Below, one piece after another: positions 19,087-29,467 of a stretch of 64,000 nt of DNA. Every line of letters begins with the position of its first letter. The first letter of the stretch is position 1. The stretch is from the NCBI GenBank assembly GCA_963817955.1, contig CAWFQK010000009.1:128001-192000 (forward strand), written 5' to 3'. A program made the position numbers and the translations under genes. The notes beneath the pieces are model-generated. The model was not told the origin of the DNA. It saw nothing but the letters and a program-made list of their open reading frames with translations, and did not search any database. This DNA is from an uncultured Gemmatimonadaceae bacterium (GTDB lineage Bacteria; Gemmatimonadota; Gemmatimonadetes; Gemmatimonadales; Gemmatimonadaceae).

Positions 19087-20562
19087 CTCGACTTTGGCCA
19101 TTTCTCACGCGTTGTGAGCGAGGCGCGGATAGCGGCCTCATGACGTGACGAAGCGGGTGACCTCGTAGACTGACACAACTCCTTGCAAGAGTACTGTGTC
19201 ATGTCGACGCTGCCGACCCGCTTCGCCTCGATCATCCTAGCATTTTCCGGACTCTTTCGCCAGCGGACGTGGCGGTACGCGGAACGGCTCCTCGTCGGCG
19301 CCATTCTCGCGCCGGGTATTCGCACCGTCGCGAGCGCCCTGCGCGTCCTCGGGCTGGCCGACGAGCGCCATTTCGTGAACTACCATCGCGTGCTGAGTCG
19401 AGCCCCCTGGTCCCCCCGTGCGGCGAGTCGGATCTTGCTTGCTCTGCTCGTGCGCGCCTTCGTGCCGACCGGTCCGATCGTGCTTGGCCTCGATGACACC
19501 ATCGAGCGTCGGCGCGGCGCCAAGATTCACGCCAAAGGCATCTATCGGGATCCGGTCCATTCCTCGCACAGTCACTTCGTGAAAACGAGTGGGTTGCGCT
19601 GGCTCTCGGTCATGCTCCTGGCGCCGATCCCGTGGGCGAAGCGCGTCTGGGCCTTGCCGATCCTCACGGCGCTGGCGCCCTCCGAGCGCTATGCCCAGGA
19701 GCGCGGCCTGCGGCACAAGCGGCTCACGGATTGGGCGCGGCAACTGCTCGGCCAACTCCAGCGCTGGTTGCCCGGGCGCGCCCTTATCATGGTAGCCGAC
19801 GCGAGCTTCGCGGCCTTGGACCTCCTCGGGGCCCTCGCGCCCAAGATGACCTGCATTACACGCTTCCGACTCGATGCCCAGCTCTATGCGCCCGCCCCAC
19901 GCCGCGGCCCGCATCGGCACGGTCGCCCGCGCAAGAAAGGGGCGCGTCTGCCCGCGTTGAATCGCGTGCTGCTCAGCCGCGCGACGTCGTGGACCCGGCT
20001 CACCGTCCCGGGTTGGTATGGCGAGACGAGCCGCGACATCGAGGTCACCTCCGACACCGCCGTCTGGTACTCGCATGGCGTCGCGTTGCCCATTCGTTGG
20101 GTGCTCGTGCGCGATCCGCTCGGCCGGTTCGATCCGCAAGCGTTGCTCTGCACCGATCTCGCGCTCGCGCCGCTCGCGATCGTCCAGTATTTCGTGCAGC
20201 GGTGGCAGGTCGAGGTCACGTTTGAAGAAGCTCGCCGGCATCTGGGCCTCGAGACGCAACGGCAATGGTCCGACCGCGCCATCGCCCGGACGACCCCCGT
20301 CCTGTTGAGCCTCTTCTCCTTGGTCACGTTGCTGGCCCACCGCCTCGTCCGCGCCGGCACGCTGCCAGTCCGCCGCACGGCTTGGTATCAGAAACCGACG
20401 CCCACCTTCAGCGATGCCCTCGCTGCCGTGCGGGCCGACCTCTGGCGCCACGAGGATTTCCACATATCCACATCGCACCGGCACATTCCAAAAGTCTCAC
20501 GCCGCTTACTCGCTCGCCTCACCGCCATCTTGTGCGAGGCGGCGTGAATGGCCAAAGTCGAG
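19087..20562 (+). mobile_element. IS701-like (DDE_5) insertion sequence inserted in a CRISPR repeat
   Basis: Perfect 16-bp IRs CTCGACTTTGGCCATT / AATGGCCAAAGTCGAG flanked by direct repeat CTTAG (19082-19086, 20563-20567). Removing it restores an intact repeat. The family assignment is from memory of motifs. Confidence 0.9.
19201..20547 (+). CDS. DDE transposase (IS701-like)
   Basis: LGLDDTIERR, VADASF, QRWQVEVTFEEAR catalytic motifs; the stop codon abuts the right IR. Confidence 0.9.
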   Translation: MSTLPTRFASIILAFSGLFRQRTWRYAERLLVGAILAPGIRTVASALRVLGLADERHFVNYHRVLSRAPWSPRAASRILLALLVRAFVPTGPIVLGLDDTIERRRGAKIHAKGIYRDPVHSSHSHFVKTSGLRWLSVMLLAPIPWAKRVWALPILTALAPSERYAQERGLRHKRLTDWARQLLGQLQRWLPGRALIMVADASFAALDLLGALAPKMTCITRFRLDAQLYAPAPRRGPHRHGRPRKKGARLPALNRVLLSRATSWTRLTVPGWYGETSRDIEVTSDTAVWYSHGVALPIRWVLVRDPLGRFDPQALLCTDLALAPLAIVQYFVQRWQVEVTFEEARRHLGLETQRQWSDRAIARTTPVLLSLFSLVTLLAHRLVRAGTLPVRRTAWYQKPTPTFSDALAAVRADLWRHEDFHISTSHRHIPKVSRRLLARLTAILCEAA

Positions 20563-20761
20563 CTTAGAAGAGCCGCGGTATTGGTCGCCAGCCTGCATGA
20601 TGGTTCACCGCCGTGTAGGCGGCTTAGAAGAATAATCAGTAGACTATAATGACCACGATCAAGTTCACCGCCGTGTAGGCGGCTTAGAAGCGTCTGCAAA
20701 GCGCGCTGCGATCATCCGTAGAGTTCACCGCCGTGTAGGCGGCTTACGGTCCCCGACCCGT

Positions 20762-22922
20762 CTACACGCTCAGTATCGCCTCGAGACGCTCGGCGATCCC
20801 CGCCACGCTTGGCAGCACGGCGTCCAGCAGCACCGGATGGTACGGCATCGGTACGTCCTCGACCGCAACGCGATCCACCGGCGCATCGAGGTGCCAGAAC
20901 GCATCCTTGGCGACGGTGGCGGCGATTTCCGCGCCGAACCCGGCCGTGAGATTGTCTTCGTGCACAATGATGCACCGCCCGGTCTTTGCCACGGACCCGA
21001 GCACACACGCGCGGTCCCAGGGCGCAATCGAACGCAGGTCGATCAGCTCCACGCGATTGCCGAACCGCGCCGCCGCTTCGCTGCACCGATGGACCAATGC
21101 ACCCCAGCTCACCAGGGTCACGTTCCGTCCCTCACGCAGCACCTTCGCTTTGCCGAACGGCACGATGTAGTCGTGGCCGGGATAGTGCGCGCTGCCGTCA
21201 CTCGTCATCAACAGCGAGCGATGCTCGAAGAAGATCGTCGGGTTCGCGCCGCGCATGGCCGACCGTAAGAGGCCCACGGCATCCGCGGCGTTCGACGGCA
21301 TCGCCACCTGCCATCCGTAGGCATGCGCGAACCGAACTTCGTCGCTGAGACTGTGCCAGGGGTCGCCGACGTCTTTTCCAAATCCTCCCGGCATGCGCAC
21401 CACGATCGGCGCCGCGAAGCGATTGGCCGTGCGCCAGCGCATCGTTCCGCAATTGTTCAACTGTTCGGTGGCGGGATCGGCGTATTTGCGGAATTGAATC
21501 TCCGCGACTGGCATGAGTCCCGAGATGGCCATGCCGACGGCGCGCCCGATGATGCCCTCTTCCGATAGGCTCGTGTCGAACACGCGGCTGTCGCCGAACT
21601 GCTTCTGCAACCCTTCGGTCACGAGATGCACGCCGCCCTTGCGACCAACATCTTCGCCGAACACCAAGACTTTCGGATTCACTTCGAGCTCACGCCGCAG
21701 TGTGCGACGCACCGCCTCGGCGAAGCGCACGGTGTCGCCCCCGGCCGCAGGCGTGTCGCGTCCGTCGAGTGCCGCGCGTTCGGCGCGCGAGAGTCCGCCG
21801 AGCGCTTCAGGGGAACCTTCGCTGTCGTCGGCATACAGCCAACGTGCGACGGTAGCCGGGTTCGGATTGGGCCGGGCGCGCGCTGCCGCGAGTCCCGCCT
21901 GCACGTCACGCGCGACCTCGGACTCGAGCTGCGTCCATTCCGCTTCTGACATCAGCGACGGCACGAGATACGCGCGCAGTTTCGGCAGCGGATCGCGCGC
22001 GGCGTCCGCTGCAATCTCGGCATCGGTACGGTAGCCCTTCTGATTGTCAGGGCCGGAATGGCTGGAGAGGCGCGGAACGGTCAGCCGCACGAGCGCCGGT
22101 CCCTTGCCGGCGCGCACGTGAGCGACGCATTCGCCGAAGAGACGCGCGGTCTCGCCCGGGTTGCATCCGTCGCCATGACGAACGACGAGATTGCCGAATG
22201 ACGACAGGTTCTTCGCGATGTCGCCACCGGGCGTCTGGAAGGTGCTGCGAACCGAGATGCCGAGGCCGTTGTCCTCGACGTAGAACAGCATCGGCAGTGA
22301 CAGTGAGGTGGCGATGGTCAGTGCCGACCAGAAGCCGTTGCTGGCGACCGAGGCTTCGCCCCCGAGCACGACGCCGATCGCACCCTCCCATTCACTCTCT
22401 CCGAGAACGCCGGCGTGGTACCGAATGGATTGCGCCCAGCCGGCGCACGGGGTGTACTGCGAGCCGACATCACCGGACATCGGAAGCACGACAGGGCCAT
22501 TGCGGTTTGGCAGATTACAGACGACGCCGATGTCCCGTCCGTCGCTGAACCCGCCGGCGCGTCCCAACGGGCTCGCCAGCGCATCCTCGATCGTCAGACC
22601 GAGCGACAGGAGCAGCGGGCGTGAGCGGTAATACGCGCTCGCGGCGTCGTGCTGATGGTCGATCATCGACCCGAGAATGACCTGCGCCACGTCGTGACCG
22701 CGTGCCGAGAACTGGTAGAGCACGAGGTGCTCGCGCGGCACGGTCTGCCTTGTTCTTGTTCGTCGTTTCTTCGGCGTCGTCGAGTGCGCGCGACACGAGC
22801 GTGTGATAGGCGATGCGGCGCCAGTCGAGGCGCGGATCGGGCGCGGTTGCGTCCTCGCCGGCCCGGCGCGATCTGGCCGGCCCACGAGGCGATGAGTCGC
22901 GAGGCACAGGAAGCGTAGTCAC
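20762..22922 (-). CDS. Fused E1 alpha/beta 2-oxoacid dehydrogenase (TPP-dependent), with a +1 frameshift near 22745
   Basis: GEASV...N TPP-binding region, FGEDVG..GGV, FDTSLSE, AEIQF, IDLRSI.PWD. The N-terminus (LDWRRIAYHTLVSRALDDAEE) is in another frame and joins at AAG GCA [G] ACC GTG. Confidence 0.85.
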
Positions 22923-23029
22923 ACGCTGTAATCTGTCGGTGCCGTGGTCGCGAAGCCAGCGTCGCGCCCTGCCAACGACCCCCGGGAACGGACTATCTTC
23001 CGCCGTCGAGCCAATTATCCAAGGCGCGC

Positions 23030-23812
23030 ATGAGTGATATCGTGTTAGACGCAGCCGCAGGCGTAGCAACGATTACGCTGAATCGGCCAGACGTCCTCAA
23101 CAGTATGACGTGTTCGATGGCGCGCGAGCTTCGCGAGTGCCTCGAGTTGGTGGGGCGTGACGACGAGTTACGCGCCGCAGTGCTGACCGGTGCCGGCCGC
23201 GGTTTCTGTGCGGGGCAGGATCTCGCGGAGGTAGCGCCCAGTGGCGCCGCGATGCCAGACCTCGGCGATATCGTGCGCGACAACTACAACCCTGTCATTC
23301 GGGCCATCCGCACACTGGAGAAGCCCGTGATTTGCGCCGTGAACGGCGTGGCCGCCGGCGCGGGTGCCAATCTTGCTTTCGCTTGCGACATCGTCTTCGC
23401 GTCGTCCACCGCCATGTTCATACAATCGTTCGCCAGAATTGGTGTCATCCCCGATTGCGGCGGCACCTTCATGCTTCCGCGCATCGTCGGACTGCATCGC
23501 GCCGCGATCATGACCATGCTTGCCGAAAAGATGGGGGCCGAGCAGGCGCGCGAATGGGGGCTCGTGTACAGGGTGACTGAACCAGAGGTTCTGCTCGAAA
23601 CCGCGGTTGGCACGGCGAAGCAACTGGCGATGCAGCCGACACGCGCACTGGGCCTCATCAAACGTGGGTTCAACCGATCGCTTGGAGTCGATCTCGACGC
23701 GCAGCTCGATTACGAAGAGGAGCTTCAACGCGAGGCGGGCCTGACCGAGGACTACGCAGAAGGCGTCCACGCATTTCTCGAGAAGCGGAAGCCGGTGTTC
23801 AAGGGGAGGTAG
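23030..23812 (+). CDS. paaG: Enoyl-CoA hydratase/isomerase, PaaG-like
   Basis: Crotonase motifs LNRP..LN, FCAGQDL, AVNGVAAGAGANLA, PDCGG; paa context. Confidence 0.85.
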   Translation: MSDIVLDAAAGVATITLNRPDVLNSMTCSMARELRECLELVGRDDELRAAVLTGAGRGFCAGQDLAEVAPSGAAMPDLGDIVRDNYNPVIRAIRTLEKPVICAVNGVAAGAGANLAFACDIVFASSTAMFIQSFARIGVIPDCGGTFMLPRIVGLHRAAIMTMLAEKMGAEQAREWGLVYRVTEPEVLLETAVGTAKQLAMQPTRALGLIKRGFNRSLGVDLDAQLDYEEELQREAGLTEDYAEGVHAFLEKRKPVFKGR

Positions 23813-23822
23813 GGGCTGAACC

Positions 23823-25022
23823 ATGTCTCTCGATAACAACACGCTCGTCGGAGTCGTCGGTGCCGGGACAATGGGCACCGGGATCGCACAGGTCGCTGCG
23901 ACCGCCGGACATCGCGTGGTGCTCGGCGATGCCGCGCGCGGCGCGACACAGCGCGCACAGGCGAACATCGCCAAGACCATGGAGAACGAGGTGGCGCAGG
24001 GGCGCATGTCGCGCAATGACGCGGATGCGCTCATGGCGCGTGTCGATTTCCAGTGGGAGCCGTTGGACGACGACCTCTCATCATACCGCGACTGCGGGCT
24101 CGTCGTGGAAGCGGTCGTCGAGGATCTCGCGACGAAGCAGTCCGTCTGTCGCCGTCTCGAAGGTGCTGTGTCGCGCGATACGGTGCTTGCGACGAATACG
24201 TCGTCGCTTTCCGTGGCATCCATCGCCTCGGCGTGCACGGTGCCGGAGCGTGTGATCGGCGTGCATTTCTTCAATCCCGCGCCGGTCATGCCGCTCGTCG
24301 AAGTCGTGCCGTGGCTCGGCGCGGGTCCGATCGCCGTGACGTCATCGTTTGCGCTCATGCAGGCGTGGAAGAAGACCCCGGTGCTCGCGTCGGACACGCC
24401 GGGGTTCATCGTCAACCGGATTGCCAGGCCGTACTACGGCGAAGCCATTCGCCTCCTCGAGGAAGGAGTGGCCGACGTGGCCACGATCGACTGGGCGCTC
24501 AGGGAGCTCGGCGGATTCCCTATGGGTCCGTTCGAGCTCATGGACTTCATTGGCAACGACGTGAATTACGCCGTGACACAATCCGTATTCGAGGCCTTCT
24601 ACTACGACCCGCGGTACAAGCCGTCGCTCACGCAGCGGCGATTGGTCGAATCGGGCTTTCTGGGCAGGAAATCAGGACGTGGGTACTACGACTATCACGC
24701 CGGGGCCGAGCTGCCGGAGCCGAACAAGGACCCGGAGATCGCATTGCTCGTGTTCGAGCGTGTGCTCGCCATGCTGATCAACGAGGCGATCGATGCCGTG
24801 CTCCTGCGGGTCGCGTCGCCAGAAGACATCGATCTCGCGATGACGAAGGGGGTACACTATCCCAAGGGCCTGCTCGCCTGGGCGAACGAGATCGGTCTGG
24901 CTCGTGTGCTCGGGTGGATGGACCGCCTGCACCTCGAGTATGGCGAGGACCGGTACCGCCCGAGCCCGTTGCTCCGGCGCATGGTGCGGGACGAACGGCG
25001 CTTCTTCGAGGGGGCGAATTGA
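23823..25022 (+). CDS. paaH: 3-hydroxyacyl-CoA dehydrogenase, PaaH-like
   Basis: GAGTMG, EAVVE, NTSSL, HFFNP, DTPGFIVNR, MGPFELMD. Confidence 0.88.
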   Translation: MSLDNNTLVGVVGAGTMGTGIAQVAATAGHRVVLGDAARGATQRAQANIAKTMENEVAQGRMSRNDADALMARVDFQWEPLDDDLSSYRDCGLVVEAVVEDLATKQSVCRRLEGAVSRDTVLATNTSSLSVASIASACTVPERVIGVHFFNPAPVMPLVEVVPWLGAGPIAVTSSFALMQAWKKTPVLASDTPGFIVNRIARPYYGEAIRLLEEGVADVATIDWALRELGGFPMGPFELMDFIGNDVNYAVTQSVFEAFYYDPRYKPSLTQRRLVESGFLGRKSGRGYYDYHAGAELPEPNKDPEIALLVFERVLAMLINEAIDAVLLRVASPEDIDLAMTKGVHYPKGLLAWANEIGLARVLGWMDRLHLEYGEDRYRPSPLLRRMVRDERRFFEGAN

Positions 25023-25079
25023 TGGGTTCGTGGGGGGACTAGAACAGCTTCTTACCGCAGAGCGGCCCAACAGCTATTG

Positions 25080-25352
25080 AACGCAGAGGTCGCAGAGAAC
25101 TGCAGAGAGAGGACGCAGAGAACTGCAGAGGAGCACCGAGTAAGTCTTATCCGGGAGTCTTGGATGATGCCGTCGCGACGCTCGGAGCCGCCAAACTGAG
25201 GGGTGGGATCATCTGAGCGATGGAATTATCTAAGAGTTAGGGTCATTCGAATAGTGAATCGCCTCTCGCGTTCCACCTATGCGCGTTTCTCTCTTGCAGT
25301 TCTCTTGCAGTTCTCCTGCTGTTCTCCTGCAGTTCTCTGCGACCTCTGCGTT
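25080..25352. repeat. Palindromic cassette with 26-bp perfect terminal inverted repeats
   Basis: AACGCAGAGGTCGCAGAGAACTGCAG (25080-25105) and its reverse complement (25327-25352), each with internal short GCAGAGAACT-like tandem copies. Confidence 0.85.
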
Positions 25353-25460
25353 AAATAAGCAAGCCGTCTCCCGCGCGGACCCCCGAAAGCACCCCCACAC
25401 GCCCGCCCGAAGACCATGATTCAATCCTTCCAAACAACGAATAACGAACGGATATAACGA

Positions 25461-26672
25461 ATGACGAACGCCTACATAGTGGATGGTGTGCGCACAGCCG
25501 TCGCCAGTCTCACCGGCGGCCTGAGTGAGGTACGCGCCGACGATCTGGCGGCCCATGTGATCGCGACCTTGATGCGGCGCCATCCGACGCTGGATCAGGC
25601 CCGAATCACCGACGTCGTGCTCGGCTGTGCGAATCAGGCGGGCGAGGACAATCGCAACGTCGCGCGCATGGCGGCGCTGCTCGCTGGATTGCCGGTGACG
25701 GTGCCAGGCGAAACGGTGAACCGCCTCTGTGCCTCCGGCATGAGCGCGGTGGCGAACGCCGCGCGTGCGGTAAGGCTCGGCGAGGGCGACTACTACATCG
25801 CCGGCGGGGTGGAGAGCATGACGCGCGCGCCGTACACGATGTCGAAAGGCGCCAAGCCCTTCGCGCGCGACATCGAGTTGTTCGATACGAGCATCGGTTG
25901 GCGTTTCGTCAATCCGAAAATGAAAGCCCAGTACGGCACCGACTCCATGGGACAGACCGCCGAGAACGTCGCGGAGCAGTATGGAGTGACGCGCGCCGAT
26001 CAGGATTGTTTCGCGCTACGCTCGCAGCAGAAAGCCGCCGCGGCACGTTCCGCGGGGCGGTTCGGATGCGAGATCGTTGCCGTGGACATTCCGCAGAAGA
26101 AGGGGGCACCAAAGCGGTTCGACCAGGACGAGTTCCTGCGTCCGGAGACCACCATCGAAATTCTCAGCAAGCTCAAACCCGCTTTCCGCGCCGAGGGCGG
26201 TTCAGTCACCGCCGGCAACGCGTCGGGATTGAACGACGGAGCCGTGGCGCTGCTCATCGCATCGGATACCGGCGTCGCGGAACTTGGTGCAACACCGCTG
26301 GCGCGCATCGTGGCGACCGGCGTGGCGGGTGTCGAGCCGCGGATCATGGGTATGGGCCCTGTGCCAGCGTCACGCAAAGCATTGGCGCTGGCCGGCCTCA
26401 CGCTCGATCAGATGGACGTCATCGAACTGAACGAAGCGTTCGCGGCACAATCGCTCGCCTGCCTCCGGGAACTTGGTATTGCGGACGACGATTCCCGGGT
26501 CAATCCGAATGGCGGCGCCATCGCGCTTGGCCATCCACTGGGAATGTCCGGCGCGCGGATCGTGCTCACCGCGGCACGCCAACTCGAGCAGACCGGTGGC
26601 CGATACGCATTGTGCACGTTGTGCATTGGCGTTGGCCAGGGCATGGCCACCATCATCGAGCGGGTGGCCTGA
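25461..26672 (+). CDS. paaJ: 3-oxoadipyl-CoA thiolase (PaaJ/PcaF)
   Basis: [42 protein letters not shown]. Confidence 0.88.
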   Translation: MTNAYIVDGVRTAVASLTGGLSEVRADDLAAHVIATLMRRHPTLDQARITDVVLGCANQAGEDNRNVARMAALLAGLPVTVPGETVNRLCASGMSAVANAARAVRLGEGDYYIAGGVESMTRAPYTMSKGAKPFARDIELFDTSIGWRFVNPKMKAQYGTDSMGQTAENVAEQYGVTRADQDCFALRSQQKAAAARSAGRFGCEIVAVDIPQKKGAPKRFDQDEFLRPETTIEILSKLKPAFRAEGGSVTAGNASGLNDGAVALLIASDTGVAELGATPLARIVATGVAGVEPRIMGMGPVPASRKALALAGLTLDQMDVIELNEAFAAQSLACLRELGIADDDSRVNPNGGAIALGHPLGMSGARIVLTAARQLEQTGGRYALCTLCIGVGQGMATIIERVA

Positions 26673-26713
26673 CCCGCTCACGGCGTGCGGCCGTTTTACG
26701 AGACGGGAGCATC

Positions 26714-28849
26714 ATGACGACGACAGCAGCGACGAGACCGCCAATTGGACTTCCGGGTGCCGAGCCTCGGCGACTGGAGAGCTTTGTCGAGGGCGAGTGG
26801 GTCACCGGAATGGGTGCAGCGGTCGACCTGTATCATGCGGTGAGCGGCGAGCGGATCGGCGAAGCATCGACAGGCGGCGTGGACTTCAAGGGCATGGTGG
26901 CGTACGCGAAACGCGTCGGCGGTCCGGCGCTGCGTACGATGACGTTCCACGAGCGCGCCCTGATGCTGAAAGCCATGGCGCAGTACCTCATGGCGCGGAA
27001 GGACGAGTTCTATCTCGTGTCTGCCGCTACCGGGGCGACCAAACTGGATTCGTGGATCGACATCGATGGCGGCATCGGGACGTTCTTTGCCTATGCGTCT
27101 CGCGGGCGACGTGAGTTTCCGAACGAAACTTTCTTCGTCGATGGCGCTGCGGAGATGTTGTCGAAGGGCGGCACGTTCATTGGCCGTCACATCTGCGTGC
27201 CGATGGAAGGCGTGGCCGTCCACATCAACGCATTCAACTTCCCCGTTTGGGGCATGCTCGAAAAGCTGGCGACGTCGCTCCTCGCCGGCGTGCCGTCGAT
27301 CGTGAAGCCCGCTACGGTCACGTCGTACCTCACCGAAGCGGTGTTCCGGGCGATGATCGAGTCTGGGCTCCTTCCCGCAGGCGCGGTGCAATTGCTCTGT
27401 GGCAGCACCGGCGATCTGCTCGACCATCTCGATTGCCAGAGCGCCGTTGCGTTCACGGGCTCTGCCTCCACGGGCAAGATGCTCAAGTCGTCACCGTCGA
27501 TCCTGGAGCACAACGTTCGCTTCAACATGGAAGCGGACTCTTTGAATTACTCCATGCTTGGCCCGGATGCGGCGCCGGGCACGCCGGAATTCGACTTGTT
27601 CATCAAGGAAGTCAGTCGCGAGATGACAACGAAGGCCGGGCAGAAGTGCACGGCCATTCGTCGGACGTTCGTGCCAGAAGCCGTGCTACAGGATGTAATG
27701 GCTGCACTCGAGAAGCGTCTGGCCACAGTGACGCTGGGCGATCCCGCAGTGGACAGCGTGCGAATGGGGCCACTGGCCGGCCGCGGACAGGTAGCAGAGG
27801 TTCGGAAGAGCGTTGCTGCGCTCTCGCGCTCGGCCGAGCTGGTGTACGGGAACGTTGACGACTTCCAGGTAGTGGGCGCGGACCGCGAGCGCGGTGCCTT
27901 CTTTCCGACGCTGCTGTTCTACGCGAAAGACCCGCTCGGCGCGAGCGAGCCGCATGACGTCGAGGCGTTTGGTCCCGTCAACACCGTGATGCCATACCGC
28001 GGCATCGACGAAGCCATCGAGCTGGCAAAGAAGGGGAAGGGAAGTCTTGTTGGATCGTTGTTCACGGCAGACGATCGAGTGGCGCGCGACGTGGTGCTCG
28101 GCACGGCGGCCTATCACGGCCGGCTGATGTTGATCAATCGCCACAGTGCCCAGGAATCCACCGGACACGGGTCGCCGCTGCCGGCGCTGGTGCATGGCGG
28201 TCCTGGTCGTGCGGGCGGCGGCGAGGAAATGGGCGGTGTGCGCGGTGTGCTGCATTACATGCAACGCACGGCGCTCCAGGGCTCGCCGACCACGTTGATG
28301 CATGTGACGAAGGAGTACGTGCCGGGCGCCACACGCACGACCGATCGCGTGCATCCATTCCGCAAGTACTTCGACGAACTGGAGATTGGCGATTCGCTGG
28401 TCACAGGCCGGCGGACCGTCACCGAGGCCGACATCGTGAACTTCGCCGGGGTGAGCGGCGACTTCTTCTACGCGCACATGGATGACCTGGCGGCGCGGGA
28501 TTCGGTGTTCGAGAAGCGCGTCGCCCATGGCTACTTCGTTCTATCGGCGGCGGCCGGCCTGTTCGTCGATCCGGCGCCCGGTCCGGTGCTCGCCAACTAT
28601 GGCTTGGAGAGCCTGCGGTTCGTGAAGCCGGTCTATCCGGGCGACACGATTCAGGCTACGATCACGGTCAAACAGAAGACCGCCAAGGAAAAGAAACCGG
28701 ATCAAGTCGCGCAGGGTGTCGTCGCCTGGGATGTCGAGGTGAAGAATCAGAACGACGAGCCCGTGGCCGTGTACACGATCTTGACTCTGGTCGAACGTCG
28801 GTCGACGCAGCTGCCATTTCCACCCACTACTTCGGAGCCATCACCATGA
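26714..28849 (+). CDS. paaZ: Bifunctional oxepin-CoA hydrolase / aldehyde dehydrogenase PaaZ
   Basis: [30 protein letters not shown]-terminal MaoC domain ([15 protein letters not shown]). Start at ATG 26714. Confidence 0.95.
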   Translation: MTTTAATRPPIGLPGAEPRRLESFVEGEWVTGMGAAVDLYHAVSGERIGEASTGGVDFKGMVAYAKRVGGPALRTMTFHERALMLKAMAQYLMARKDEFYLVSAATGATKLDSWIDIDGGIGTFFAYASRGRREFPNETFFVDGAAEMLSKGGTFIGRHICVPMEGVAVHINAFNFPVWGMLEKLATSLLAGVPSIVKPATVTSYLTEAVFRAMIESGLLPAGAVQLLCGSTGDLLDHLDCQSAVAFTGSASTGKMLKSSPSILEHNVRFNMEADSLNYSMLGPDAAPGTPEFDLFIKEVSREMTTKAGQKCTAIRRTFVPEAVLQDVMAALEKRLATVTLGDPAVDSVRMGPLAGRGQVAEVRKSVAALSRSAELVYGNVDDFQVVGADRERGAFFPTLLFYAKDPLGASEPHDVEAFGPVNTVMPYRGIDEAIELAKKGKGSLVGSLFTADDRVARDVVLGTAAYHGRLMLINRHSAQESTGHGSPLPALVHGGPGRAGGGEEMGGVRGVLHYMQRTALQGSPTTLMHVTKEYVPGATRTTDRVHPFRKYFDELEIGDSLVTGRRTVTEADIVNFAGVSGDFFYAHMDDLAARDSVFEKRVAHGYFVLSAAAGLFVDPAPGPVLANYGLESLRFVKPVYPGDTIQATITVKQKTAKEKKPDQVAQGVVAWDVEVKNQNDEPVAVYTILTLVERRSTQLPFPPTTSEPSP

Positions 28850-29277
28850 CACAGTCCAGGATTCGGCAGGGTGTGACGATCGCTGTCGCTCTCATCGCAG
28901 TTGGTGCTTCGGCCCCCGTAGCACGGGCGATTGTTCTATCTCGCGCGCCCGTTCAGCGAGTTGCCGTCGATCCGGTGGGTGAGTACCAGTGGTCCATGAC
29001 CACGTCCGGCATGGCAGTCAACGGTACGCTGAAGGTCACGCGCTCCGACTCGACGCTGTCGGCGACGGTGACGAGCGATCAGACCGACAGCCCGATTCCG
29101 GCCACATCAGTGAAGCTGGACGGAAATCGGTTGACGGTGGTCGCGTCGGGGGACTTCGGCGAGTTCACGATAGGGCTCGATTTCGCAGAGTCGGGCCTGT
29201 CGGGCACATACAAGTACGTGAATCCGAACGGCGCGGCCGACTCGGGGCCGCTCACGATCAAGAAATCCGAGAAATAA
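28846..29277 (+). CDS. Secreted hypothetical protein
   Basis: Signal-peptide-like N-terminus, beta-rich remainder (DPVGEYQW), ATGA overlap with paaZ. Confidence 0.7.
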   Translation: MTQSRIRQGVTIAVALIAVGASAPVARAIVLSRAPVQRVAVDPVGEYQWSMTTSGMAVNGTLKVTRSDSTLSATVTSDQTDSPIPATSVKLDGNRLTVVASGDFGEFTIGLDFAESGLSGTYKYVNPNGAADSGPLTIKKSEK

Positions 29278-29300
29278 CTTCGGCAGTGGGCCGTGAAACG

Positions 29301-29329
29301 AGGGAGCCGCGATGATTCGCGGCTCCCTT
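29301..29329 (+). terminator. Hairpin, probable terminator
   Basis: AGGGAGCCGCGA / TCGCGGCTCCCT stem 24 bp after a stop codon; weak U tract. Confidence 0.5.
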
Positions 29330-29467
29330 GCGCAGGTGCGCAAGGGCTTCTCAACGCTGTCAGGCTGCGTAAGGGTTCCCCAACGCTGCTCCGTACAGTA
29401 GCGTATCCCAGTCAGTTGCCGACTGCCGGCACCTCACCTCATCCAGCCTTCCTTCAGAGAGCGTTCC

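Larger units (their letters stand above)
9088..20750 (+). CRISPR. Type I-F CRISPR array, 124 repeats / 123 spacers, split by two IS elements
   Basis: 28-bp repeat GTTCACCGCCGTGTAGGCGGCTTAGAAG (stem CCGCC/GGCGG, loop GTGTA) with mostly 32-bp spacers. Hand count: 49 repeats 9088-11997, 72 repeats 14794-19086 (the last is split by an IS), 3 repeats 20603-20750 (terminal one degenerate, ...GCTTACGGT). Confidence 0.99.

Noticed and set aside
9054..19148. Many ORFs with repeating VHRRVGGLE, SPPCRRLR or LLSRLHGGE
   Set aside because: Translations of the CRISPR repeat at a 60-bp period; not genes.
842..20562. CRISPR-associated transposon (I-F3 CAST) interpretation
   Set aside because: Cas3 and Cas1 are present, Cas8 and Cas5 are separate, and there is no tnsABC or tniQ. 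The transposases are ordinary IS elements with their own IRs and target duplications.
9116..20722. Self-targeting spacers within the window
   Set aside because: None noticed by eye. An exhaustive alignment was not possible, so this is not excluded.
25898..26713. 983-aa ORF suggesting an N-terminally extended PaaZ
   Set aside because: The extension overlaps the thiolase in another frame; the real start is 26714.
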